64,000 bases of DNA from contig OZ024742.1 of assembly GCA_964016885.1 (NCBI GenBank), positions 198,400,001 through 198,464,000 of the forward strand. The letters are read 5' to 3'. Both the position numbers and the translations under genes were made by a program. The number at the start of each line of letters is the position of its first letter. Within the stretch, counting starts at the first letter, position 1. This DNA is from Eledone cirrhosa. Its lineage: Eukaryota. The notes below the pieces were generated by a model, which saw only the letters and a program-made list of their open reading frames with translations, had not been told where the DNA came from and did no database searches. Below, piece after piece: positions 30,801 to 45,500 of this stretch.

Positions 30801-32600
30801 CATCAATCAGTGACCACATGAAAGGTACCAACACATCAGTAAGTGACCACATGAAAGGTACCAACACATCAGTCAGTGACCACATGATATGTACCAACAC
30901 ATCAGTCAGTGACCACATGATATGTACCAACATATCAGTAAGTGACCACATGAAAGGCACCAACACATCAAATTACCAACACATCAGTCAGTGACCACAT
31001 GAAAGGTACCAACACATCAGTCAGTGACCACATGAAAGGTACCAACACATCAGTCAGTGAGCACATGATATGTACCAACACATCAGTCAGTGACCACAGG
31101 AAAGGTACCAACACATCAATCAGTGACCACATGATATGAACCAACACATCAGTCAGTGACACATGAAAGGTACCAACACATCAGTCAGTGACACATGAAA
31201 GGTACCAACACATCAGTCAGTGACCACATGAAAGGTACCAACACATCAGTCAGTGACCACATGAAAGGTACCAACACATCAGTCAGTGACACATGAAAGG
31301 TACCAACACATCAGTCAGTGACACATGAAAGGTACCAACACATCAGTCAGTGACCACATGAAAGGTACCAACACATCAGTCAGTGACCACATGAAAGGTA
31401 CCAACACATCAGTTAGTGACCACATGATATGCACCAACACATCAGTCAGTGCACACATGAAAGGTACCAACACATCAGTGAGTGACCACATGAAAGGTAC
31501 CAACACATCAGTCAGTGACCACATGAAAGGTACCAACACATCAGTGACCACATATGTACCAACACATCAGTCAGTGACCACATGAAAGGTACCAACACAT
31601 CAGTAAGTGACCACATGAAAGGCACCAACACATCAGTTAGTGACCACATGAAAGGTACCAACACATCAGTCAGTGACCACATGATATGTACCAACACATC
31701 AGTCAGTGACCACATGATAGGTACCAACACATCAGTCAGTGACCACATGAAAGGTACCAACACATCAGTAAGTGACCACATGAAAGGCACCAACACATCA
31801 GTTAGTGACCACATGAAAGGTACCAACACATCAGTCAGTGACCATATGAATTGTACCAACACGTCAGTCAGTGACCACATGATATGTACCAACACATCAG
31901 TCAGTGACCACACATGAAAGGTACCAACACATCAGTCAGTGACCACATGAAAGGTACCAACACATCAGTCAGTGACCACATGAAAGGTACCAACACATCA
32001 GTCAGTGACCACATGATATGCACCAACACATCAGTCAGTGACCACATGAAAGTTACCAACACATCAGTCAGTGACCACATGAAAGGTACCAACACATCCG
32101 TCAGTGACCACATGAAAGGTACCAACATCAATCAGTGACCACATGAAAGGTACCAACACATCAGTCAGTGACACATGAAAGGTACCAACACATCAGTCAG
32201 TGACACATGAAAGGTACCAACACATCAGTCAGTGACCACATGAAAGGTACCAACACATCAATCAGTGACCACATGAAAGGTACCAACACATCAATCAGTG
32301 ACCACATGAAAGGTACCAACACATCAGTCAGTGACCACATGAAAGGTACCAACACATCAGACAGTGACCACATGAAAGGTACCAACACATCAGTCAGTGA
32401 CCACATGAAAGGTACCAACACATCAGTCAGTGACCACATGAAAGGTACCAACACATCAGTTAGTGACCACATGAAAGGTACCAACACATCAGTCAGTAAC
32501 CACATGAAAGGTACCAACACATCAGTTAGTGACCACATGATATGAACCAACACATCAGTCAGTGACACATGAAAGGTACCAACACATCAGTCAGTGACAC
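21900..32600 (+). repeat. Older, diverged tandem block duplication (about 21900-26700 vs about 27200-32600), offset growing from 5360 to 5908 bp
   Basis: ORF pairs 22215/27575 (5360), 23473/29097 (5624), 25407/31315, 25604/31512 and 26289/32197 (all 5908). Shared markers: GACCAGATGATATGAACC, GACTGC, ATAAAATTTATC, GTGCACAC, GAATTGT, AGTAACC. Confidence 0.85.
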
Positions 32601-35600
32601 ATGAAAGGTACCAACACATCAGTCAGTGACCACATGAAAGGTACCAACACATCAGTCAGTGACCACATGAAAGGTACCAACACATCAGTCAGTGACACAT
32701 GAAAGGTACCAACACATCAGTCAGTGACACATGAAAGGTACCAACACATCAGTCGGTGACCACATGAAAGGTACCAACACATCAGTCAGTGACCACATGA
32801 AAGGTACCAACACATCAATCAGTGACCACATGAAAGGTACCAACACATCAGTCAGTGACCACATGAAAGGTACCAACACATCAGTCAGTGACCACATGAA
32901 AGATACCAACACATCCGTCAGTGACCACAAATGTACCAACACATCAGTCAGTGACCACATGAAAGGTAGCAACACATCAGTCAGTTACCACATGAAAAGT
33001 ACCAACACATCAGTCAGTGACCACATGAAAGTTACCAACACATCAATCAGTGACCACATGATATGCACCAACACATCAGTCAGTGACCACATGAAAGGTA
33101 CCAACACATCAGTCAGTGACCACATTAAAGGTACCAACACATCAGTCAGTGACCACATTAAAGGTACCAACACATCAATCAGTGACCACATGAAAGGTAC
33201 CAACACATCAGTCAGTGACCACATGAAAGGTACCAACACATCAGTCAGTGACCACATGAAAGATACCAACACACCCGTCAGTGACCACATGAAAGGTACC
33301 AACACATCAGTCAGTGACCACATGAAAGGTACCAACACATCAGTCAGTGACCACATGAAAGGTACCAACACATCAATCAGTGACCACATGAAAGGTACCA
33401 ACACATCAATCAGTGACCACATGATATGTACCAACACATCAGTCAGTGACCACATGATAGGTACCAACACATCAGTCAGTGACCACATGAAAGGTACCAA
33501 CACATCAGTAAGTGACCACAGGAAAGGCACCAACACATCAGTTAGTGACCACATGAAAGGTACCAACACATCAGTCAGTGACCACACATGAAAGGTACCA
33601 ACACATCAGTCAGTGACCACATGAAAGGTACCAACACATCAGTCAGTGACCACATGAAAGGTACCAACACATCAGTCAGTGACCACATGATATGCACCAA
33701 CACATCAGTCAGTGACCACATGAAAGTTACCAACACATCAGTCAGTGACCACATGAAAGGTACCAACACATCAGTAAGTGACCACATGATATGCACCAAC
33801 ACATCAGTCAGTGACCACATGAAAGGTACCAACACATCAGTCAGTGACCACATGAAAGGTACCAACACATCAGTAAGTGACCACATGAAAGGTACCAACA
33901 CATCAGTACGTGACCACATGAAAGGTACCAACACATCAGTCAGTGACCACATGATATGTACCAACACATCAGTCAGTGACCACACATGAAAGGTACCAAC
34001 ACATCAGTCAGTGACCACATGATAGGTACCAACACATCAGTCAGTGACCACATGAAAGGTACCAACACATCAGTCAGTGACCACATGAAAGTTACCAACA
34101 CATCAGTCAGTGACCACATGAAAGTTACCAACACATCAGTCAGTGACCACATGAAAGGCACCAACACATCAGTCAGTGACCACATCAAATTACCAACACA
34201 TCAGTCAGTGACCACATGAAAGGTACCAACACATCAGTCAGTGACCACATGAAAGGTACCAACACATCAGTAAGTGACCACATGAAAGGTACCAACACAT
34301 CAGTACGTGACCACATGAAAGGTACCAACACATCAGTCAGTGACCACATGATATGTACCAACACATCCGTCAGTGACCACATGAAAGGTACCAACATCAA
34401 TCAGTGACCACATGAAAGGTACCAACACATCAGTAAGTGACCACATGAAAGGTACCAACACATCAGTCAGTGACCACATGATATGTACCAACACATCAGT
34501 CAGTGACCACATGATATGTACCAACATATCAGTAAGTGACCACATGAAAGGCACCAACACATCAAATTACCAACACATCAGTCAGTGACCACATGAAAGG
34601 TACCAACACATCAGTCAGTGACCACATGAAAGGTACCAACACATCAGTCAGTGAGCACATGATATGTACCAACACATCAGTCAGTGACCACAGGAAAGGT
34701 ACCAACACATCAATCAGTGACCACATGATATGAACCAACACATCAGTCAGTGACACATGAAAGGTACCAACACATCAGTCAGTGACACATGAAAGGTACC
34801 AACACATCAGTCAGTGACCACATGAAAGGTACCAACACATCAGTCAGTGACCACATGAAAGGTACCAACACATCAGTCAGTGACACATGAAAGGTACCAA
34901 CACATCAGTCAGTGACACATGAAAGGTACCAACACATCAGTCAGTGACCACATGAAAGGTACCAACACATCAGTCAGTGACCACATGAAAGGTACCAACA
35001 CATCAGTTAGTGACCACATGATATGCACCAACACATCAGTCAGTGCACACATGAAAGGTACCAACACATCAGTGAGTGACCACATGAAAGGTACCAACAC
35101 ATCAGTCAGTGACCACATGAAAGGTACCAACACATCAGTGACCACATATGTACCAACACATCAGTCAGTGACCACATGAAAGGTACCAACACATCAGTAA
35201 GTGACCACATGAAAGGCACCAACACATCAGTTAGTGACCACATGAAAGGTACCAACACATCAGTCAGTGACCACATGATATGTACCAACACATCAGTCAG
35301 TGACCACATGATAGGTACCAACACATCAGTCAGTGACCACATGAAAGGTACCAACACATCAGTAAGTGACCACATGAAAGGCACCAACACATCAGTTAGT
35401 GACCACATGAAAGGTACCAACACATCAGTCAGTGACCATATGAATTGTACCAACACGTCAGTCAGTGACCACATGATATGTACCAACACATCAGTCAGTG
35501 ACCACACATGAAAGGTACCAACACATCAGTCAGTGACCACATGAAAGGTACCAACACATCAGTCAGTGACCACATGAAAGGTACCAACACATCAGTCAGT

Positions 35601-37014
35601 GACCACATGATATGCACCAACACATCAGTCAGTGACCACATGAAAGTTACCAACACATCAGTCAGTGACCACATGAAAGGTACCAACACATCCGTCAGTG
35701 ACCACATGAAAGGTACCAACATCAATCAGTGACCACATGAAAGGTACCAACACATCAGTCAGTGACACATGAAAGGTACCAACACATCAGTCAGTGACAC
35801 ATGAAAGGTACCAACACATCAGTCAGTGACCACATGAAAGGTACCAACACATCAATCAGTGACCACATGAAAGGTACCAACACATCAATCAGTGACCACA
35901 TGAAAGGTACCAACACATCAGTCAGTGACCACATGAAAGGTACCAACACATCAGACAGTGACCACATGAAAGGTACCAACACATCAGTCAGTGACCACAT
36001 GAAAGGTACCAACACATCAGTCAGTGACCACATGAAAGGTACCAACACATCAGTTAGTGACCACATGAAAGGTACCAACACATCAGTCAGTAACCACATG
36101 AAAGGTACCAACACATCAGTTAGTGACCACATGATATGAACCAACACATCAGTCAGTGACACATGAAAGGTACCAACACATCAGTCAGTGACACATGAAA
36201 GGTACCAACACATCAGTCAGTGACCACATGAAAGGTACCAACACATCAGTCAGTGACCACATGAAAGGTACCAACACATCAGTCAGTGACACATGAAAGG
36301 TACCAACACATCAGTCAGTGACACATGAAAGGTACCAACACATCAGTCGGTGACCACATGAAAGGTACCAACACATCAGTCAGTGACCACATGAAAGGTA
36401 CCAACACATCAATCAGTGACCACATGAAAGGTACCAACACATCAGTCAGTGACCACATGAAAGGTACCAACACATCAGTCAGTGACCACATGAAAGATAC
36501 CAACACATCCGTCAGTGACCACAAATGTACCAACACATCAGTCAGTGACCACATGAAAGGTAGCAACACATCAGTCAGTTACCACATGAAAAGTACCAAC
36601 ACATCAGTCAGTGACCACATGAAAGTTACCAACACATCAATCAGTGACCACATGATATGCACCAACACATCAGTCAGTGACCACATGAAAGGTACCAACA
36701 CATCAGTCAGTGACCACATTAAAGGTACCAACACATCAGTCAGTGACCACATTAAAGGTACCAACACATCAATCAGTGACCACATGAAAGGTACCAACAC
36801 ATCAGTCAGTGACCACATGAAAGGTACCAACACATCAGTCAGTGACCACATGAAAGATACCAACACACCCGTCAGTGACCACATGAAAGGTACCAACACA
36901 TCAGTCAGTGACCACATGAAAGGTACCAACACATCAGTCAGTGACCACATGAAAGGTACCAACACATCAATCAGTGACCACATGAAAGGTACCAACACAT
37001 CAATCAGTGACCAC
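29815..37014 (+). repeat. Higher-order repeat B: near-exact tandem duplication of 3594 bp (about 29815-33420 and 33410-37014)
   Basis: All ORFs from 29981 to 32721 recur with identical translation at +3594 (29981/33575, 30968/34562, 32197/35791, 32721/36315). Confidence 0.95.
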
Positions 37015-37799
37015 ATGAAAGGTACCAACACATCAGTCAGTGACCACATGAAAGGTACCAACACATCAGTCAGTGACCACATGAAAGGTACCAACACATC
37101 AGTCAGTGACCACATGATATGAACCAACACATCAGTCAGTGACACATGAAAGGTACCAACACATCAGTCAGTGACACATGAAAGGTACCAACACATCAGT
37201 CAGTGACCACATGAAAGGTACCAACACATCAGTCAGTGACCACATGAAAGGTACCAACACATCAGTCAGTGACCACATGAAAGGTACCAACACATCAGTC
37301 AGTGACACATGAAAGGTACCAACACATCAGTCAGTGACACATGAAAGGTACCAACACATCAGTCAGTGACCACATGAAAGGTACCAACACATCAGTCAGT
37401 GACCACATGAAAGGTACCAACACATCAGTCAGTGACCACATGAAAGGTACCAACACATCAGTCAGTGACCACATGAAAGGTACCAACACATCAGTCAGTG
37501 ACCACATGAAAGGTTCCAACACATCAGTCAGTGACCACATGAAAGATACCAACACATCAGTCAGTGACCACATGAAAGGTACCAACACATCAGTCAGTGA
37601 CCACATGAAAGATACCAACACATCCGTCAGTGACCACAAATGTACCAACACATCAGTCAGTGACCACATGAAAGGTAGCAACACATCAGTCAGTTACCAC
37701 ATGAAAAGTACCAACACATCAGTCAGTGACCACATGAAAGTTACCAACACATCAATCAGTGACCACATGATATGCACCAACACATCAGTCAGTGACCAC

Positions 37800-39500
37800 A
37801 TGAAAGGTACCAACACATCAATCAGTGACCACATGAAAGGTACCAACACATCCGTCAGTGACCACATGAAAGGTACCAACACATCTGTCAGTGACCACAT
37901 GAAAGGTACCAACACATCAGTCAGTGACTACATGAAAGGTACCAACACATCAGTCAGTGACCACATGAAAGGTACCAACACATCAGTCAGTGACCACATG
38001 AAAGGTACCAACACATAAGTCAGTGGCCACATATGTACCAACACATCAGTCAGTGACCACATGATATGTACCAACACATCAGTAAGTGACCACATGAGAG
38101 GTACCAACACATCCGTCAGTGACCACATGAAAGGTACCAACACATCTATCAGTGACCACATGAAAGATACCAACATATCAGTCAGTGACCACATGAAAGG
38201 TACCAACACGTCAGTCAGTGACCACATGAAAGGCACTAACACATCAGTCAGTGACCACATGAAAGGTACCAACACATCAGTCAGTGACCACATGAAAGGT
38301 ACCAACACATCAGTCAGTGACCACATGAAAGGTACCAACACATCCGTCAGTGACCACATGAAAGGTACCAACACATCAGTCAGTGACCACATGATATGCA
38401 CCAACACATCAGTCAGTGACCACATGAAAGGCACCAACACATCAGTCAGTGACCACATGAAAGGTACCAACACATCAGTCAGTGACCACATGAAAGATAC
38501 CAACACACCCGTCAGTGACCACATGAAAGGTACCAACACATCAGTCAGTGACCACATGAAAGGTACCAACACATCAGTCAGTGACCACATGAAAGGTACC
38601 AACACATCAATCAGTGACCACATGAAAGGTACCAACACATCAATCAGTGACCACATGAAAGGTACCAACACATCAGTCAGTGACCACATGAAAGATACCA
38701 ACACATCCGTCAGTGACCACATGAAAGGTACCAACACATCAGTCAGTGACCACATGAAAGGTACCAACACATCAGTCAGTGACCACATGAAAGGTACCAA
38801 CACATCAGTCAGTGACCACATGAAAGGTACCAACACATCAATCAGTGACCACATGAAAGGTACCAACACATCCGTCAGTGACCACATGAAAGGTACCAAC
38901 ACATCTGTCAGTGACCACATGAAAGGTACCAACACATCAGTCAGTGACCACATGAAAGGTACCAACACATCAGTCAGTGACCACATGAAAGGTACCAACA
39001 CATCAGTCAGTGACCACATGAAAGGTACCAACACATCAGTCAGTGGCCACATATGTACCAACACATCAGTCAGTGACCACATGATATGTACCAACACATC
39101 AGTAAGTGACCACATGAGAGGTACCAACACATCCGTCAGTGACCACATGAAAGGTACCAACACATCTATCAGTGACCACATGAAAGATACCAACATATCA
39201 GTCAGTGACCACATGAAAGGTACCAACACGTCAGTCAGTGACCACATGAAAGGCACTAACACATCAGTCAGTGACCACATGAAAGGTACCAACACATCAG
39301 TCAGTGACCACATGAAAGGTACCAACACATCAGTCAGTGACCACATGAAAGGTACCAACACATCCGTCAGTGACCACATGAAAGGTACCAACACATCAGT
39401 CAGTGACCACATGATATGCACCAACACATCAGTCAGTGACCACATGAAAGGCACCAACACATCAGTCAGTGACCACATGAAAGGTACCAACACATCAGTC
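37800..39500 (+). repeat. Internal duplication within HOR-C: a block of about 0.7 kb repeated at offset 1020 bp, with a third related block near 40730-41200
   Basis: Lines 38041 and 39061 onward read the same (CAGTGGCCACATATG at 38021 and 39041). The same pair recurs in each HOR-C copy. Confidence 0.85.
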
Positions 39501-42500
39501 ATTGACCACATGAAAGGTACCAACACATCAGTCAGTGACCACATGAAAGGTACCAACACATCAGTAAGTGACCACATGAAAGGTACCAACACATCAGTCA
39601 GTGACCACATGATATGCACCAACACATCAGTCAGTGACCACATGATATGCACCAACACATCAGTCAGTGACCACATGAAAGGTACCAACACATCAGTAAG
39701 TGGCCACATGATATGCACTAACACATCAGTAAGTGACCACATGATATGCACCAACACATCCGTCAGTGACCACATGAAAGGTACCAACACATCAGTCAGT
39801 GACCACATGAAAGGTACCAACACATCAGTCAGTGACCACATGAAAGGTACCAACACATCAGTCAGTGACCACATGAAAGGTACCAACACATCAATCAGTG
39901 ACCACATGAAAGGTACCAGCACATCAGTCAGTGACCACATGAAAGGTACCAACACATCAGTCAGTGACCACATGAAAGGTACCAACACATCAGTCAGTGA
40001 CCACATGAAAGGTTCCAACACATCAGTCAGTGACCACATGAAAGATACCAACACATCAGTCAGTGACCACATGAAAGGTACCAACACATCAGTCAGTGAC
40101 CACATGAAAGATACCAACACATCCGTCAGTGACCACAAATGTACCAACACATCAGTCAGTGACCACATGAAAGGTAGCAACACATCAGTCAGTTACCACA
40201 TGAAAAGTACCAACACATCAGTCAGTGACCACATGAAAGTTACCAACACATCAATCAGTGACCACATGATATGCACCAACACATCAGTCAGTGACCACAT
40301 GAAAGGTACCAACACATCAGTCAGTGACCACATTAAAGGTACCAACACATCAGTCAGTGACCACATTAAAGGTATCAACACATCAATCAGTGACCACATG
40401 AAAGGTACCAACACATCAGTCAGTGACCACATGAAAGGTACCAACACATCAGTCAGTGACCACATGAAAGATACTAACACACCCGTCAGTGACCACATGA
40501 AAGGTACCAACACATCAGTCAGTGACCACATGAAAGGTACCAACACATCAGTCAGTGACCACATGAAAGGTACCAACACATCAATCAGTGACCACATGAA
40601 AGGTACCAACACATCAATCAGTGACCACATGAAAGGAACCAACACATCAGTCAGTGACCACATGAAAGATACCAACACATCCATCAGTGACCACACGAAA
40701 GGTACCAACACATCAGTCAGTGACCACATGAAAGGTACCAACACATCAGTCAGTGGCCACATATGTACCAACACATCAGTCAGTGACCACATGATATGTA
40801 CCAACACATCAGTAAGTGACCACATGAGAGGTACCAACACATCCGTCAGTGACCACATGAAAGGTACCAACACATCTATCAGTGACCACATGAAAGGTAC
40901 CAACATATCAGTCAGTGACCACATGAAAGGTACCAACACGTCAGTCAGTGACCACATGAAAGGCACTAACACATCAGTCAGTGACCACATGAAAGGTACC
41001 AACACATCAGTCAGTGACCACATGAAAGGTACCAACACATCAGTCAGTGACCACATGAAAGGTACCAACACATCCGTCAGTGACCACATGAAAGGTACCA
41101 ACACATCAGTCAGTGACCACATGATATGCACCAACACATCAGTCAGTGACCACATGAAAGGCACCAACACATCAGTCAGTGACCACATGAAAGGTACCAA
41201 CACATCAGTCATTGACCACATGAAAGGTACCAACACATCAGTCAGTGACCACATGAAAGGTACCAACACATCAGTAAGTGACCACATGAAAGGTACCAAC
41301 ACATCAGTCAGTGACCACATGATATGCACCAACACATCAGTCATTGACCACATGAAAGGTACCAACACATCAGTCAGTGACCACATGAAAGGTACCAACA
41401 CATCAGTAAGTGGCCACATGATATGCACTAACACATCAGTAAGTGACCACATGATATGCACCAACACATCCGTCAGTGACCACATGAAAGGTACTAACAC
41501 ATCAGTCAGTGACCACATGAAAGGTACCAACACATCAGTCAGTGACCACATGAAAGGTACCAACACATCAGTCAGTGACCACATGAAAGGTACCAACACA
41601 TCCGTCAGTGACCACATGAAAGGTACCAACACATCAGTCAGTGACCACATGATATGCACCAACACATCAGTCAGTGACCACATGAAAGGCACCAACACAT
41701 CCGTCAGTGACCCCATGATATGCACCAACACATCCGTCAGTGACCACATGAAAGGCACCAACACATCCGTCAGTGACCCCATGATATGCACCAACACATC
41801 AGTCAGTGACCACATGAAAGGCACCAACACATCCGTCAGTGACCACATGATATGCACCAACACATCAGTCAGTGACCACATGAAAGGCACCAACACATCC
41901 GTCAGTGACCACATGATATGCACCAACACATCAGTCAGTGACCACATGAAAGGCACCAACACATCCGTCAGTGACCCCATGATATGTACCAACACATCAG
42001 TCAGTGACCACATGAAAAGTACCAACACATCAGTCAGTGACCACATATGCACCAACACATCAGTCAGTGACCACATGAAAGGTACCAACACATCCGTCAG
42101 TGACCACATGAAAGGTACCAACACATCCGTCAGTGACCACATGAAAGGTACCAACACATCCGTCAGTGACCACATGAAAGGTACCAACACATCAGTTAGT
42201 GACCACATGAAAGGTACCAACACATCAGTAAGTGGCCACATGATATGCACTAACACATCAGTAAGTGACCACATGATATGCACCAACACATCAATCAGTG
42301 ACCACATGAAAGGTACCAACACATCCGTCAGTGACCACATGATATGCACCAACACATCCGTCAGTGACCACATGATATGCACCAACAGATCCGTCAGTGA
42401 CCACATGAAAGGCACCAACACATCAGTTAGTGACCACATGAAAGGTACCAACACATCAGTTAGTGACCACATGAAAGGTACCAACACATCAGTCAGTGAC

Positions 42501-45500
42501 ACATGAAAGGTACCAACACATCCGTCAGTGACCACATGAAAGGTACCAACACATCAGTTAGTGACCACATGAAAGGTACCAACACATCAGTCAGTGACCA
42601 CATGAAAGGTACCAACACATCAGTCAGTGACCACATGAAAGGTACCAACACATCAGTCAGTGACACATGAAAGGTACCAACACATCAGTCAGTGACACAT
42701 GAAAGGTACCAACACATCAGTCGGTGACCACATGAAAGGTACCAACACATCAGTCAGTGACCACATGAAAGGTACCAACACATCAATCAGTGACCACATG
42801 AAAGGTACCAACACATCAGTCAGTGACCACATGAAAGGTACCAACACATCAGTCAGTGACCACATGAAAGATACCAACACATCCGTCAGTGACCACAAAT
42901 GTACCAACACATCAGTCAGTGACCACATGAAAGGTAGCAACACATCAGTCAGTTACCACATGAAAAGTACCAACACATCAGTCAGTGACCACATGAAAGT
43001 TACCAACACATCAATCAGTGACCACATGATATGCACCAACACATCAGTCAGTGACCACATGAAAGGTACCAACACATCAGTCAGTGACCACATTAAAGGT
43101 ACCAACACATCAGTCAGTGACCACATTAAAGGTACCAACACATCAATCAGTGACCACATGAAAGGTACCAACACATCAGTCAGTGACCACATGAAAGGTA
43201 CCAACACATCAGTCAGTGACCACATGAAAGATACCAACACACCCGTCAGTGACCACATGAAAGGTACCAACACATCAGTCAGTGACCACATGAAAGGTAC
43301 CAACACATCAGTCAGTGACCACATGAAAGGTACCAACACATCAATCAGTGACCACATGAAAGGTACCAACACATCAATCAGTGACCACATGAAAGGTACC
43401 AACACATCAGTCAGTGACCACATGAAAGGTACCAACACATCAGTCAGTGACCACATGAAAGGTACCAACACATCAGTCAGTGACCACATGATATGAACCA
43501 ACACATCAGTCAGTGACACATGAAAGGTACCAACACATCAGTCAGTGACACATGAAAGGTACCAACACATCAGTCAGTGACCACATGAAAGGTACCAACA
43601 CATCAGTCAGTGACCACATGAAAGGTACCAACACATCAGTCAGTGACCACATGAAAGGTACCAACACATCAGTCAGTGACACATGAAAGGTACCAACACA
43701 TCAGTCAGTGACACATGAAAGGTACCAACACATCAGTCAGTGACCACATGAAAGGTACCAACACATCAGTCAGTGACCACATGAAAGGTACCAACACATC
43801 AGTCAGTGACCACATGAAAGGTACCAACACATCAGTCAGTGACCACATGAAAGGTACCAACACATCAGTCAGTGACCACATGAAAGGTTCCAACACATCA
43901 GTCAGTGACCACATGAAAGATACCAACACATCAGTCAGTGACCACATGAAAGGTACCAACACATCAGTCAGTGACCACATGAAAGATACCAACACATCCG
44001 TCAGTGACCACAAATGTACCAACACATCAGTCAGTGACCACATGAAAGGTAGCAACACATCAGTCAGTTACCACATGAAAAGTACCAACACATCAGTCAG
44101 TGACCACATGAAAGTTACCAACACATCAATCAGTGACCACATGATATGCACCAACACATCAGTCAGTGACCACATGAAAGGTACCAACACATCAATCAGT
44201 GACCACATGAAAGGTACCAACACATCCGTCAGTGACCACATGAAAGGTACCAACACATCTGTCAGTGACCACATGAAAGGTACCAACACATCAGTCAGTG
44301 ACTACATGAAAGGTACCAACACATCAGTCAGTGACCACATGAAAGGTACCAACACATCAGTCAGTGACCACATGAAAGGTACCAACACATAAGTCAGTGG
44401 CCACATATGTACCAACACATCAGTCAGTGACCACATGATATGTACCAACACATCAGTAAGTGACCACATGAGAGGTACCAACACATCCGTCAGTGACCAC
44501 ATGAAAGGTACCAACACATCTATCAGTGACCACATGAAAGATACCAACATATCAGTCAGTGACCACATGAAAGGTACCAACACGTCAGTCAGTGACCACA
44601 TGAAAGGCACTAACACATCAGTCAGTGACCACATGAAAGGTACCAACACATCAGTCAGTGACCACATGAAAGGTACCAACACATCAGTCAGTGACCACAT
44701 GAAAGGTACCAACACATCCGTCAGTGACCACATGAAAGGTACCAACACATCAGTCAGTGACCACATGATATGCACCAACACATCAGTCAGTGACCACATG
44801 AAAGGCACCAACACATCAGTCAGTGACCACATGAAAGGTACCAACACATCAGTCAGTGACCACATGAAAGATACCAACACACCCGTCAGTGACCACATGA
44901 AAGGTACCAACACATCAGTCAGTGACCACATGAAAGGTACCAACACATCAGTCAGTGACCACATGAAAGGTACCAACACATCAATCAGTGACCACATGAA
45001 AGGTACCAACACATCAATCAGTGACCACATGAAAGGTACCAACACATCAGTCAGTGACCACATGAAAGATACCAACACATCCGTCAGTGACCACATGAAA
45101 GGTACCAACACATCAGTCAGTGACCACATGAAAGGTACCAACACATCAGTCAGTGACCACATGAAAGGTACCAACACATCAGTCAGTGACCACATGAAAG
45201 GTACCAACACATCAATCAGTGACCACATGAAAGGTACCAACACATCCGTCAGTGACCACATGAAAGGTACCAACACATCTGTCAGTGACCACATGAAAGG
45301 TACCAACACATCAGTCAGTGACCACATGAAAGGTACCAACACATCAGTCAGTGACCACATGAAAGGTACCAACACATCAGTCAGTGACCACATGAAAGGT
45401 ACCAACACATCAGTCAGTGGCCACATATGTACCAACACATCAGTCAGTGACCACATGATATGTACCAACACATCAGTAAGTGACCACATGAGAGGTACCA

